Origin: Terriglobia bacterium
GTDB taxonomy: Bacteria; Acidobacteriota; Terriglobia; Terriglobales; Acidobacteriaceae
DNA: 64,000 bases
Reading direction: 5' to 3'
Assembly (NCBI GenBank): GCA_963816865.1
Contig: CAWFMU010000021.1
Location: 24,450-88,449, forward strand
Positions 1 to 8,595 of the stretch are shown piece after piece. The translations under genes and the position numbers were made by a program. Within the stretch, counting starts at the first letter, position 1, and each line of letters starts with the position of its first letter. The notes beneath the pieces were generated by a model, which was not told where the DNA came from, ran no database searches, and saw only the letters and a program-made list of their open reading frames with translations.

Positions 1-402
1 GTGAATGTCAGCCTGCGCGAGAAGAAGAGGTTCCAGAGGCTGGAAGCACACTATCGCACACCGGCAGGCGAAGAACGCACACTCGATATCACGGTGAGTT
101 CGGTGCATGCGCCCGACAGCGAAGTCCTGGGAGCGGCCTGTCTGATCAGTGACCGCACTGAGATGACTGAAATTCGCCGCCAGCAGGAGTTGCGGGGTGA
201 AATGTCCGGCGAGATGGCGCTCGGGCTGCGCAACTCGCTGACCACCATCGCGGGATACGCTCAGCAACTCGCAGCCAGCCGGGACCCTGAACTGGCGCGG
301 CAGTTGGCCTCGGATATCGCAGCGGAAGCGGCGCATTTGGATCGTACGATTGGCGGCTTTCTCGCAGGCGCAAGAGCTGCGAGCGCCGGTTCGAAAGCTT
401 AA
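1..402 (+). CDS. C-terminal end of a PAS + DHp (HisKA-like) signalling protein; 5' end lies outside the window; no ATPase domain
   Basis: Open from base 1 to the stop at 400-402. A PAS-like segment (LDITVSSVHAPDSEVLGAACLISDRTEMTE) is followed by an H-box-like helix EMALGLRNSLTTIAGYAQQL. The canonical phospho-accepting His (AHExRNPL) is Leu here. The next gene starts within about 60 nt, so no HATPase domain can follow. Confidence 0.6.
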   Translation: MNVSLREKKRFQRLEAHYRTPAGEERTLDITVSSVHAPDSEVLGAACLISDRTEMTEIRRQQELRGEMSGEMALGLRNSLTTIAGYAQQLAASRDPELARQLASDIAAEAAHLDRTIGGFLAGARAASAGSKA

Positions 403-468
403 GTTCACCACGTCGATGCTGTCCCCTGTTGGTTGGAGGCGGCAGGACGGAAAGAAATGGAGCATCTT

Positions 469-1069
469 ATGAAACGCATCGCATATGTTTTTCTGGCCGA
501 AATCGTTCTGACCGGCATGCTGGTTGGGGTGTCCGGCGCGCAATCCGAGCCTCTGGGCGACTACGCCCGTTCCATCCGTAAAGAGGACAAGGCTCCGGCG
601 TCGGCCAAGAAATACGACAACGACAATTTGCCCAGTTCCGACAACATCAGCGTCGTGGGAAATTCCACGGACTCGGCCGGCCCCGAGGACGCCAACCCGG
701 CGCCCGACACCAACACCGCCAAGCCGGAAGATGGCGCGACGGCTCCCGCTCCAGCTTCGCAGGATGCAACCAAGAAGACGGACCCGAACGATGCACTGGA
801 AGCAGAAGATCGCCGATCAGCAGGGCAAGGTTGACCTGCTCTCGCGTGAATTGGATGTGACCCAGCGCGAGTATCGTCTGCGCGCCGCCGCTTTCTACGC
901 CGACGCCGGCAACCGCCTTCGCGGCTCGGCCGCTTGGGACAAGGAAGACGCCCAGTACAAACAGCAGATTGCCCAGAAACAAAAGGCTGTGGATGATGCC
1001 AAGAAAGCGCTGGACGATCTGAAGGAACAGGCGCGCAAGGCAGGAGTTCCCGCGAAGCTGCGGGAGTAG
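469..1069 (+). CDS. secreted low-complexity / coiled-coil protein (frame-disrupted as sequenced)
   Basis: Signal peptide MKRIAYVFLAEIVLTGMLVGVSGAQS in the frame of ORF 433-834. The coiled-coil C-terminus (WKQKIADQQGKVDLLSRELDVTQREYRLRAAAFYADAG...KEQARKAGVPAKLRE) is in the +1 frame (ORF 524-1069). The junction is near 790-805. The start could also be ATG 457. Confidence 0.55.
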
Positions 1070-1094
1070 CAAGCTCGACGTTCGCTATTCACCA

Positions 1095-1124
1095 AAGCCT
1101 CCGGTTCACTCCGGGGGCTTTTGA
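1095..1124. terminator. hairpin between convergent genes, likely a bidirectional intrinsic terminator
   Basis: AGCCTCCGG-ttcact-CCGGGGGCT followed by TTTT. It lies between the stop at 1069 (+) and the stop at 1127 (-). Confidence 0.5.
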
Positions 1125-1126
1125 AT

Positions 1127-3533
1127 TTAGTTTTGTGCTGCTAGATATCTCTGCTGACACTGTTTGGCTGCGGACAACAATTGATTGTACTCAGTCGTCC
1201 CACGAAGCTTTGCCAGCAAGGGGTCAGCCTGCAGCTGGGAATATCCGCAATAGTCGCGCTCGATGGCGCCTCTAAGTATGTTTATAGCGGCCGAGCTTTT
1301 GCCGCAAAACGTCAAGATGGCTCCCGGATAGTAAGCGTGTCTCCGGGTCGACCTCGATTGGCGCAGCGCTTTCTGTCCGGTGCGCAATCGAATCTAATTC
1401 AAGCACCGCTTTCGGATCGAGGCACGCTGCCAGGAGGTCCCGATGATAGCGGGGAGCCGTGGGCATCTGTTCACTGCCTTACGTGCCTCCGCCACGTTAC
1501 CTTCTCGTAAGAGCAGCACCGGCATGGCATAGCGTACCCATTCCGAGCCCGCGTCCAGTCGAATGAACTCTTTTGCTCGCGTGGTTTTGCCCAGTTCCAT
1601 AAACGTCCAAGCGCAGGAACGCCACCAGTAATTCGCCGGGATCCAGAGCCAAGGCGGTGTCGCACTCTCGCGCAGAATCTTCTAGCCTGCCTGCGTAGCG
1701 GAGAACATACGAGAGAGTGAAATGGGACTGCGCGCTGGTAGGATGCTGTCGCACCAGTGCTTGTGCATCGCGCAAGGCCTTTGCCGGTTCTCGTCGTTCC
1801 ACATGGTTCACCACAAGTTGTCCCGCCGCTAGGATTAGGTTGGCATCAAGAGTTAGCGCCTGTTCGAGAGCCTTGTTGGACCGCTGGATCGTTTCTTCTC
1901 CACCGTTCGAATATGTCGTATCAAAGTAGTAGCGAAACCCCAAGGCCTCCCATGCCGGTGCAAAACTTGCGTCCATGCCCACAGAGCGCTCCAGCATTGC
2001 GATGGCTTCTTTATTCGGAATAGGGTCATGAGGCACGGAGACACTTCGCAGGTAAAGATCGTAAGCTTCTTCGTTTTTAGGGCGGGTGCCAGTCTCCCCC
2101 GAGGTCGTTCCCCCTAGGACTGGCAACAGTCCTTGCCGGACCTTGGCCGTAATCTGCTCTCGCATCGCGATCATGTCGGGAGTTGCAGCGGTCAGCGTGT
2201 CCCGCCAGATGACCCGGTTGTCTTCGACGTTTACAGCTTCGAGCGTGATTTGCAGCTGGTTTCCCTCTTTCAGGTAGTGGCCAGTCACAATGTCGGACAC
2301 CTGCATCTCGCGGCCAGCTTTTTGCAGGTCCAGATCCTGCCCGACATACTTGCTGGTGGCGGCGGAGGGGCGTATGGACAGGGCACGCGAGTAGCTCAAC
2401 GTGTTTGCAATCTCATCGGGCAATGCCAGGCGGAGAAAATCAGTGTCTTTGTCGGAACTGGAGTTCTGGAAGGGCAACACTGCGACGGTCGTTGGGTTTT
2501 CGGGACCTGCGTGAGATGCAGCGCGATGCCTGCCTTGCCAGAGAACGAAGGCGACAAGGCCGAGAGCAAGAACTCCGCCGATTCCGGCCATCAGCTTGTA
2601 CCTGTTCATTGCTTTGGTTGCCGGCTGCGGCGCAGGCAATGCTTCAGTACGTCCAGAGCCTGAATCGCGTCTTGCCCGGATCAGATCGGCTTTCATCTCC
2701 GAAGCGTGCTGATACCTGACTTCCCTGTCTTTTTCCAGCGCCTTCGAGATGATGTGTTCAAGGTCCGAAGGTAGATCGGGATTCAGACGGACAATTGAAG
2801 TTGGGGGCCGGTGGAGAATGGAGTCGAAGATGGCCCCGGATGTGTCCCCCTTGAAAGGAAGGAACCCGGTCGCCATTTCGTACAACAACACACCGAAGGA
2901 GAATAAATCCGTACGAGCATCCAGCGCCTTCCCCAGCACCTGTTCCGGTGACATGTAGGCCACCGTGCCAAGGGCCGCCCCGGGGCTGGTGAGATTGTCC
3001 TCGGTGGCCGTCGGAGAAGACTGCGTGGCCTCGCCGGCGACCTTGCTGGCAGAACTGGCTGGAGCCGTGACCTTCGCCAGGCCGAAATCCAGAATCTTGG
3101 CATGGCCGCGCTTGGTGATGAAGACATTGGCCGGCTTGATGTCGCGGTGCACGATGCCTTCGGAATGCGCCGCATCGAGCCCATCTGCGATCTCGATCGC
3201 CGACATCAGCAGGTTTTCGATTTCCATGGGCTTCCCCGCGATGCGGTGTTTCAGGGTCACACCCTCGAGATACTCCATGGCGATAAAGCGCTTGCCTTCG
3301 TGTTCGCCGATTTCATAAATGGTGCAAATGTTGGGATGGTTCAGCGCGGAGGCGGCGCGGGCTTCCCGGCGGAAACGTTCCAGCGCTTGCGGGTCAGCGG
3401 CTACATCATCGGGCAGGAACTTGAGTGCGACGAAGCGGCCGAGGGAGGTGTCCTCGGCTTTGTAGACCACACCCATCCCGCCGCCGCCCAATTTTTCGAT
3501 AATGCGGTAGTGCGAGACAGTCTGGCCCAGCAA
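1127..3533 (-). CDS. Ser/Thr protein kinase with transmembrane segment and C-terminal TPR-like domain (C-terminal part frame-disrupted as sequenced)
   Basis: Hanks kinase motifs: [38 protein letters not shown] hydrophobic helix ([18 protein letters not shown]) follows. The C-terminal domain continues through ORFs 1394-1600, 1272-1466 and 1127-1387 in shifted frames, giving about 3 shifts within about 500 nt. Confidence 0.85.
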
Positions 3534-3657
3534 GCGAAAAAGGCCTCACCCTTTGGCGCGCATGTTATTGGCCCGAGAAGGGCAAGTCAACGCCTATCGC
3601 AGCGGGACGAGGTGTTCAAGAGGTGACGCCGATGTTCAGACCTGGTCTCTGACTCGA

Positions 3658-4938
3658 TCAGGCAGAAATGCCAGCCAGCGTGTTCTTGTAGAGTGCCTCC
3701 GTAATTCCCAGCTGTGCACGGCCCCGTTCGTCTAAATCAGCCACTGTACCGCGCCCTACAAAGTTGACCTCAAAGTTGTCGGCAGGAAAGTCCGGCGGCG
3801 TCTTTCCCGCGAGGAAGGTGAGCGCCTGTCTTTCCAGGTAAACGCTGTTCTTCGAGCAGCCCGGTGCTGACGGGATGTACATCACGTTGCTATAGCCGCT
3901 TCCGCGGTGTTCGTTTTCGACAGCGTGAACTACGTCGCAATGCCAGAAGATCGTGTCCCCGGACTCCATCAGCGGGATGGACGAAAGCGCCTTCACCAGA
4001 GTGCCATGTTGTTGATCGTTGATCGAAAGAGCTCTTCCCGGGAGAGCGCCGCACAGGTCATCTTCGGGCACATCGTCCTGAATGGCCCGCAGCAGAACGT
4101 AGACCATGGATTCGGCAATTGGAATCAGTTGCAGGGTTCCGTCTCCCGGGCCCTGGCGCGTGAGAGCTGTCCAACCCTGGAAGGTGCGAAACATCGAACA
4201 AACTGCAGGCGACTCCACTTCCTGCACCTGCGGACGGAAGGCGGCGGCAAAGGCGTTGTACTTCCGCCAGTCGCCCGCGAACACGTGGCGATACACCTTG
4301 CGGAAATTCTCGTCGAGCCAGCGCTCGACCGAGCCGCCGTCTACGTGCGGTGAAAGCCCGAGCGACGCTGAACCGGGCGGCCGGCGGCGGATGCGATCGG
4401 CATAAGCCGGCGCTTCATTTGGATTGATGTAACGGACTCCTTCGTTCTCCGCCTGCCACAGATTGTTCAGGAAAACGCGGACATTGGTCAGCGACTCCGA
4501 TTGCCGTGCCTCGACCTGGGGACGTGACCAGTAGATTCCGTAAATCTGGGGCTTCGCCGCGGCCAGTGTGCCGAAGTACTTGTCCTCGGCGCGATTCGCG
4601 AGCTTTGCGTCCAGGTCGTTGCTGTCGACATACGCCGCGATCTCATCATCCCAGCCGGTGGCCACTTCTGTACTGAAAGTGCCGCGCACCACGCAGGCTC
4701 CGCGTGACCGAATCTTCGCGATCAGTTCTGCGGGGACTTTCCCCGACGCAACATCCTCGTATTGGACAATGGGAATGACGTCGTGTCCCGATTCACGCTC
4801 GGAGACAATTTCTTCCACACGCCGCCGCATCTCGGCTTCTACGTCGCGGAAGACCTCTTTAAATTCGGTCAAGGCCGCTCGAAGCTGTCGTTTTGTAGTC
4901 CGGATCGCCTCTGGAAGATTCTCGATGACTAGAGACAT
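3658..4938 (-). CDS. DUF1479 / YbiU-like putative Fe(II)/2-oxoglutarate-type oxygenase
   Basis: Intact 426-aa ORF. It has an HxD...H metal triad candidate (SPHVDGGSVERW ... FWHCDVVHAVE). Length and overall pattern match my recollection of the YbiU/DUF1479 family; this is not verifiable here. Confidence 0.55.
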   Translation of the reverse strand: MSLVIENLPEAIRTTKRQLRAALTEFKEVFRDVEAEMRRRVEEIVSERESGHDVIPIVQYEDVASGKVPAELIAKIRSRGACVVRGTFSTEVATGWDDEIAAYVDSNDLDAKLANRAEDKYFGTLAAAKPQIYGIYWSRPQVEARQSESLTNVRVFLNNLWQAENEGVRYINPNEAPAYADRIRRRPPGSASLGLSPHVDGGSVERWLDENFRKVYRHVFAGDWRKYNAFAAAFRPQVQEVESPAVCSMFRTFQGWTALTRQGPGDGTLQLIPIAESMVYVLLRAIQDDVPEDDLCGALPGRALSINDQQHGTLVKALSSIPLMESGDTIFWHCDVVHAVENEHRGSGYSNVMYIPSAPGCSKNSVYLERQALTFLAGKTPPDFPADNFEVNFVGRGTVADLDERGRAQLGITEALYKNTLAGISA

Positions 4939-5157
4939 GTCGTCACTCCTTTGCGCGAACTTACCTGCTCAAACTGCACTCGACGCCTAATTCTATTGCA
5001 GGTTCAGCAATCCGCAGCGATGACACTTTCGTGCGTCTTGATAACCAAATGGAATAAGTTAACCCGACACCCGGGTTCTGCGCGTCAATGCTGAGACTCA
5101 TTCCGGGATGTTAACACCACGGAAACATGGTCGTTCCCGACGTCCTAAATCCCCAAT

Positions 5158-5219
5158 ATCATCCTGAGCGCAGCCATCCCGTTCGCTTGCGAATGGGATG
5201 GCGAAGTCGAGGGGACCCC
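5158..5219 (+). repeat. REP-like structured intergenic element (family 1, forward copy)
   Basis: ATCATCCTGAGCG-[CCATCCCGTTCGC..GCGAATGGGATGG hairpin]-GAAGTCGAGGGGACCCC. The same flanks recur inverted at 5288-5348 and 6630-6691. Confidence 0.8.
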
Positions 5220-5287
5220 TGGGAGCTTAACGCTATGAACAGCGTAGAAATCATTCCCAACTGACGGTGAAAGTTGTGCAGCTGTTA

Positions 5288-5348
5288 GGGGTCCTTCGAC
5301 TCCGCAGCTGCTTCGCTTCGCGAAGCAGCCACTCCGCTCAGGATGACA
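5288..5348 (-). repeat. REP-like structured intergenic element (family 1, inverted copy)
   Basis: GGGGTCCTTCGAC-[GCTGCTTCGC ttc GCGAAGCAGC hairpin]-CCGCTCAGGATGACA. It is the reverse complement of the family-1 flanks. Confidence 0.8.
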
Positions 5349-5404
5349 ACTTGCTGGTTTGCTGCAGCTTTCCGAGACTTGTGCCCATCAATTGCAAGCC
5401 AGCC

Positions 5405-5911
5405 TTAGCTCTCGATCGTTTTCAACTTCGAAATCTGCTTCACGTGATGGCGTCCGTGAATGAGGTGAAACTTCCGCCATTGCCTGGCGGTCAGAGGTCC
5501 AAGAACGGGATGGTCCAGAACCTTGACCCGGGAGCCATAGCGCTCTTCGCATTGGGCAATCGCCTTGTCCATCGCGGCGATCTGGGGACCGATCTCGGCC
5601 ACGACTTTTTCCGCGGACATACCCTTAGGCGCAACCTGATCGGGCGACTTCCGCCCTCCGGGAAAGTACCCAAACTCTGTGACCGCGACGGCTGACACTC
5701 TTTGTTTGAAAGTGGGGATACTGGCCAGCGGCTTCCCTGCTTTAAGGCAGCGCTCGAAAGCTTTTTGCGTTCCCGTGTAGGTCAGGTAGAGATGCTCGAG
5801 CACTTCCGCCACACTCCACTTCCCTGCCGGCTTCCGCGTCAGCTGCTCGCTGCTGATATCGCTGGTCGCGGTAGCGATCGCCTGCTGCAAACGTTCCAAA
5901 TACGAATCCAT
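5405..5911 (-). CDS. DinB-family (DinB_2/DUF1569-like) protein
   Basis: ATG at 5911 (MDSYLERLQQAI...). Typical DinB-fold His pattern: VAEVLEHL ... LIHGRHHVKQI. The longer ORF to 6109 has an implausible N-terminus. Confidence 0.65.
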   Translation of the reverse strand: MDSYLERLQQAIATATSDISSEQLTRKPAGKWSVAEVLEHLYLTYTGTQKAFERCLKAGKPLASIPTFKQRVSAVAVTEFGYFPGGRKSPDQVAPKGMSAEKVVAEIGPQIAAMDKAIAQCEERYGSRVKVLDHPVLGPLTARQWRKFHLIHGRHHVKQISKLKTIES

Positions 5912-5993
5912 GGTTCCTCGGATTGCTCTCTCTAGTAGAATAACCCCGGTATTTCCGGTTGCAAAATTTCCTACGCATGACAGGAAGGTAGCT

Positions 5994-6605
5994 ATGAAGA
6001 AGTTGCTGATGGCAATGCTCGCGCTGCTGATGATGACTGGGTGCTCGTCGCAACCGACCACACCGGCGCCTGTCGAGAAACCGCAGCCCAAGCCTGCGGA
6101 ATTCGTCACGGGACGAGTTGCCTTCCAGAGACTCTTGATCGCCGCGCGTGGGTGGGCTCGCGACGCCCAGCCCTACCGTCTCGAATCAACGATTACCGAC
6201 GACGCCAAGGGCAAAGAGGGAAAGTCGGGGATATGGCGGGCATCCTTCGCCTCGCCTTTGCAACGCGGTGTGAAGTCCTATACATGGTCGGGGGAAGTCG
6301 GCTCCGACCGTGGCATCAATCCCGGCACGGAAGACACCTATAGTCCGACCAACACCAACACTCAGATTTTCGACGTCGCTTTCCTTAAGGTGGACTCGGA
6401 CAAGGCGCTGGAAGTTGCCCAGAAACATGGCGGCGATAAACTTCTGGCCAAGAGCCCAGATACTTCGCTTATTTACGTGCTCGACTGGAGTTCGGCGACC
6501 AACGAGCTGATCTGGCATGTGATTTACGGGGTGACCCGCGATGACTACAAGCTGAGAGTGGCGGTGAATGCGTCCAGCGGAGATTTTATTCGCGTGGAGA
6601 AGTAG
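5994..6605 (+). CDS. lipoprotein of unknown function
   Basis: ATG 5994 preceded by AGGAAGG. The lipobox is MKKLLMAMLALLMMTGCSS. The ORF is intact to 6605. Confidence 0.65.
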   Translation: MKKLLMAMLALLMMTGCSSQPTTPAPVEKPQPKPAEFVTGRVAFQRLLIAARGWARDAQPYRLESTITDDAKGKEGKSGIWRASFASPLQRGVKSYTWSGEVGSDRGINPGTEDTYSPTNTNTQIFDVAFLKVDSDKALEVAQKHGGDKLLAKSPDTSLIYVLDWSSATNELIWHVIYGVTRDDYKLRVAVNASSGDFIRVEK

Positions 6606-6629
6606 ATCGCAGCTGCTGGGATGACTATA

Positions 6630-6691
6630 GGGGTCCTTCGACTGCATCTTTCCATTCGCGAGCGAATGGAAAGATTCCGCTCAGGATGACA
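6630..6691 (-). repeat. REP-like structured intergenic element (family 1, inverted copy)
   Basis: GGGGTCCTTCGAC-[TCTTTCCATTCGC ga GCGAATGGAAAGA hairpin]-CCGCTCAGGATGACA, between convergent genes. Confidence 0.8.
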
Positions 6692-6696
6692 GAGGG

Positions 6697-7263
6697 CTAT
6701 TGCTTGGCCTGGCTTTTTTCTGAGGGTGGGCTCGCTTTGAGTTTCTCGAGGGCCTTTTTCGCCTCTTCTGCTTGAGGACCGTTGGGCATGATTTTCAAAT
6801 ACTCCCGATAATGCTCGACGGCCTCGTCGAGTCGGGCCAGTTTGTCTAAGGCTTGCGCCATCCGGAAGTTGGCGAGGGCATCATTGGGTTTGTAGAACAG
6901 CGCCTCGCGGTAACGCTCAAGAGCCGCGCCGTAATTTTTCTTCTTGAAATAAAAATCACCGACTTCGATGTCCTTTGCTGCCCGATGCGGATCGAAAGTG
7001 TGGAACTCCGTTACGTCGGCGGAAGCATTATCGTCCGCCTCGTCCCGCGGCAGAGTGCTGTTGGGATGGTCTTTGGCGTCGTTGCTGGGCGGGCTCAGAT
7101 CAATTCGGCTGTCGCGGCTGGAACTTTCTCCCGCTTCCTTATTGCGATCGGAACGCGGAGGCGGCTGATTTTGATTCGCGTCTCTCTCGCCGTCTTGGGC
7201 CTGCCCCACGCCGGGAATCAACAGGCATAAGCAGACCGCCAGCAGAAAAATCAGTCGCCGCAT
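6697..7263 (-). CDS. secreted TPR-repeat protein
   Basis: ATG 7263 gives the signal peptide MRRLIFLLAVCLCLLIPGVGQAQ. A low-complexity linker follows, then TPR-like helices (GDFYFKKKNYGAALERYREALFYKPNDALANFRMAQALDKLARLDEAVEHYREYLKI). Confidence 0.7.
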   Translation of the reverse strand: MRRLIFLLAVCLCLLIPGVGQAQDGERDANQNQPPPRSDRNKEAGESSSRDSRIDLSPPSNDAKDHPNSTLPRDEADDNASADVTEFHTFDPHRAAKDIEVGDFYFKKKNYGAALERYREALFYKPNDALANFRMAQALDKLARLDEAVEHYREYLKIMPNGPQAEEAKKALEKLKASPPSEKSQAKQ

Positions 7264-7379
7264 CAACCTATTGTAACGCTGAAAAGCGGCGTCAGGCGTC
7301 GGACTTCGGACCTCGGCTGAATCCAATCAATCGACGCTACGATATGAACTTCGAGGTACGACGTCTGACGGCAGGCGTC

Positions 7380-7416
7380 AAAAAAATAGCTGCTCCACGG
7401 GGGAAGTGGAGCAGCT
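7380..7416 (-). terminator. rho-independent terminator downstream of the OmpA-like gene
   Basis: On the minus strand: AGCTGCTCCAC-loop-GTGGAGCAGCT (perfect 11-bp stem) followed by ATTTTTTT. It starts about 25 nt after the stop at 7442. Confidence 0.8.
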
Positions 7417-7441
7417 GGAGTTGGTGAAAGCCTGCCGAAAT

Positions 7442-8173
7442 TTACATGGACGGCGGAGCCGCGGCTGCCGGAGCCTGCTGCGCCGGAGCTGCGTCAGTCG
7501 TATTGGTCATGAGGCGGACATCCACGCGACGGTTCTTGGCGCGTCCGTCCCGGGTGGTGTTCGGCTCTACCGGCTTATCTTTGCCCAGCCCGATCAGATA
7601 AATCTTGTGCGCCGGGATGCTGTGCTTCGATGCCAGGTACTGAATGACCGAATCAGCACGTCGCTCGCTCAGGGCGTAGTTGTATTCCGCGTCGCCTACT
7701 GAGTCGGTGCCGCCTTCGACCGTGATGATGTAGCCCTTGGTGTTGGCCACGTCGGCTGAGAGCTGGTCAAGAGCATCCTGCGCGGTCTTGGTCAGGTTGT
7801 CCTTGTCGAAACCGAAATGGACGGCGGTTTCAGTTACGACGCGATAGTTGTCCAGATTGGCCACGGTGTTCTGCAGCGAATCAACGCGATGGACAGCGTT
7901 GTCGGCCTGGGTCTGGGCCTGTCCTGCCTGGTCGGCGGCGGCTTGCGCCTTCTGGTCAACCGCGGCAGCCTTGGCCGTTACTTCTTGAATGGCGGCCTGC
8001 GCCCGCGCATCCACATCTTTGATGGCATTGGTGTTCTTGGCAGTCAGATCATCAAGCTCATTAGTCTTGTTGATCAGCGGCGTGGTCTCTTGACGAACGT
8101 AATTCTTGCTGGAACATCCGACCGAGGCCGCCAAGCTTGTCGCCAGTAGAACGATTAACGAAGTGCGATTCAT
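7442..8173 (-). CDS. OmpA-family lipoprotein with coiled-coil linker
   Basis: Lipobox LAASVGCSS. The OmpA_C domain reads VHFGFDKDNL...GGTDSVGDAEYNYALSERRADSV...GKDKPV...NRRVDVRL. Intact ORF. Confidence 0.85.
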   Translation of the reverse strand: MNRTSLIVLLATSLAASVGCSSKNYVRQETTPLINKTNELDDLTAKNTNAIKDVDARAQAAIQEVTAKAAAVDQKAQAAADQAGQAQTQADNAVHRVDSLQNTVANLDNYRVVTETAVHFGFDKDNLTKTAQDALDQLSADVANTKGYIITVEGGTDSVGDAEYNYALSERRADSVIQYLASKHSIPAHKIYLIGLGKDKPVEPNTTRDGRAKNRRVDVRLMTNTTDAAPAQQAPAAAAPPSM

Positions 8174-8595
8174 TGTAGGAGGGCTCCTTCCTCACTCATC
8201 TCGCGAAACTCAGTTTCTTTGATTCTAAAATCTGTCAACGCGGTTAGCCGGGGAGGGCTTCTCTCGCGTTCGCATTGTAACAAGAGCACGGATGGTGCCA
8301 ACAGTGGAAATGGTGACACTGGCTTGTAACATGCTGATGATACGTAACTTAAGAGGTTTTCGGTGCCGGGGACGGGTGCGGCCGGCCAGCAACTTTCGTG
8401 CAAAGGCGTTACGAACTGAGGAAATTTTATATGGTGCAGTTTAATGCACCGTGGCACGGCAACAAGCGGCCCCGGATTTGCACGGATCTGATTGACCGGA
8501 CCAAGTACCGGAATTATTCGTGGAGATTCCTGGCACGCTACACCTTGAGCGCGGCCATGGTCCACATTGCTAATCATCTAAAATGGGTAGTAGGA

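Noticed and set aside
5267-5695. 142-aa plus-strand ORF
   Set aside because: It starts inside the REP-like repeat and then runs antisense to the DinB-family gene. It is an artefact of repeat plus shadow frame.
5158-6691. Possible CRISPR array from the recurring hairpin repeats
   Set aside because: The copies are in mixed orientation and irregularly spaced (about 70 nt and about 1.3 kb). They are separated by genes, have variable cores, and no cas genes are present. They are REP/MITE-like elements instead.
8170-8577. 135-aa minus-strand ORF in the ompA-uvrC intergenic region
   Set aside because: It overlaps the OmpA start codon, is Pro-rich and low-complexity, and has no RBS or motif. I treated the region as non-coding.
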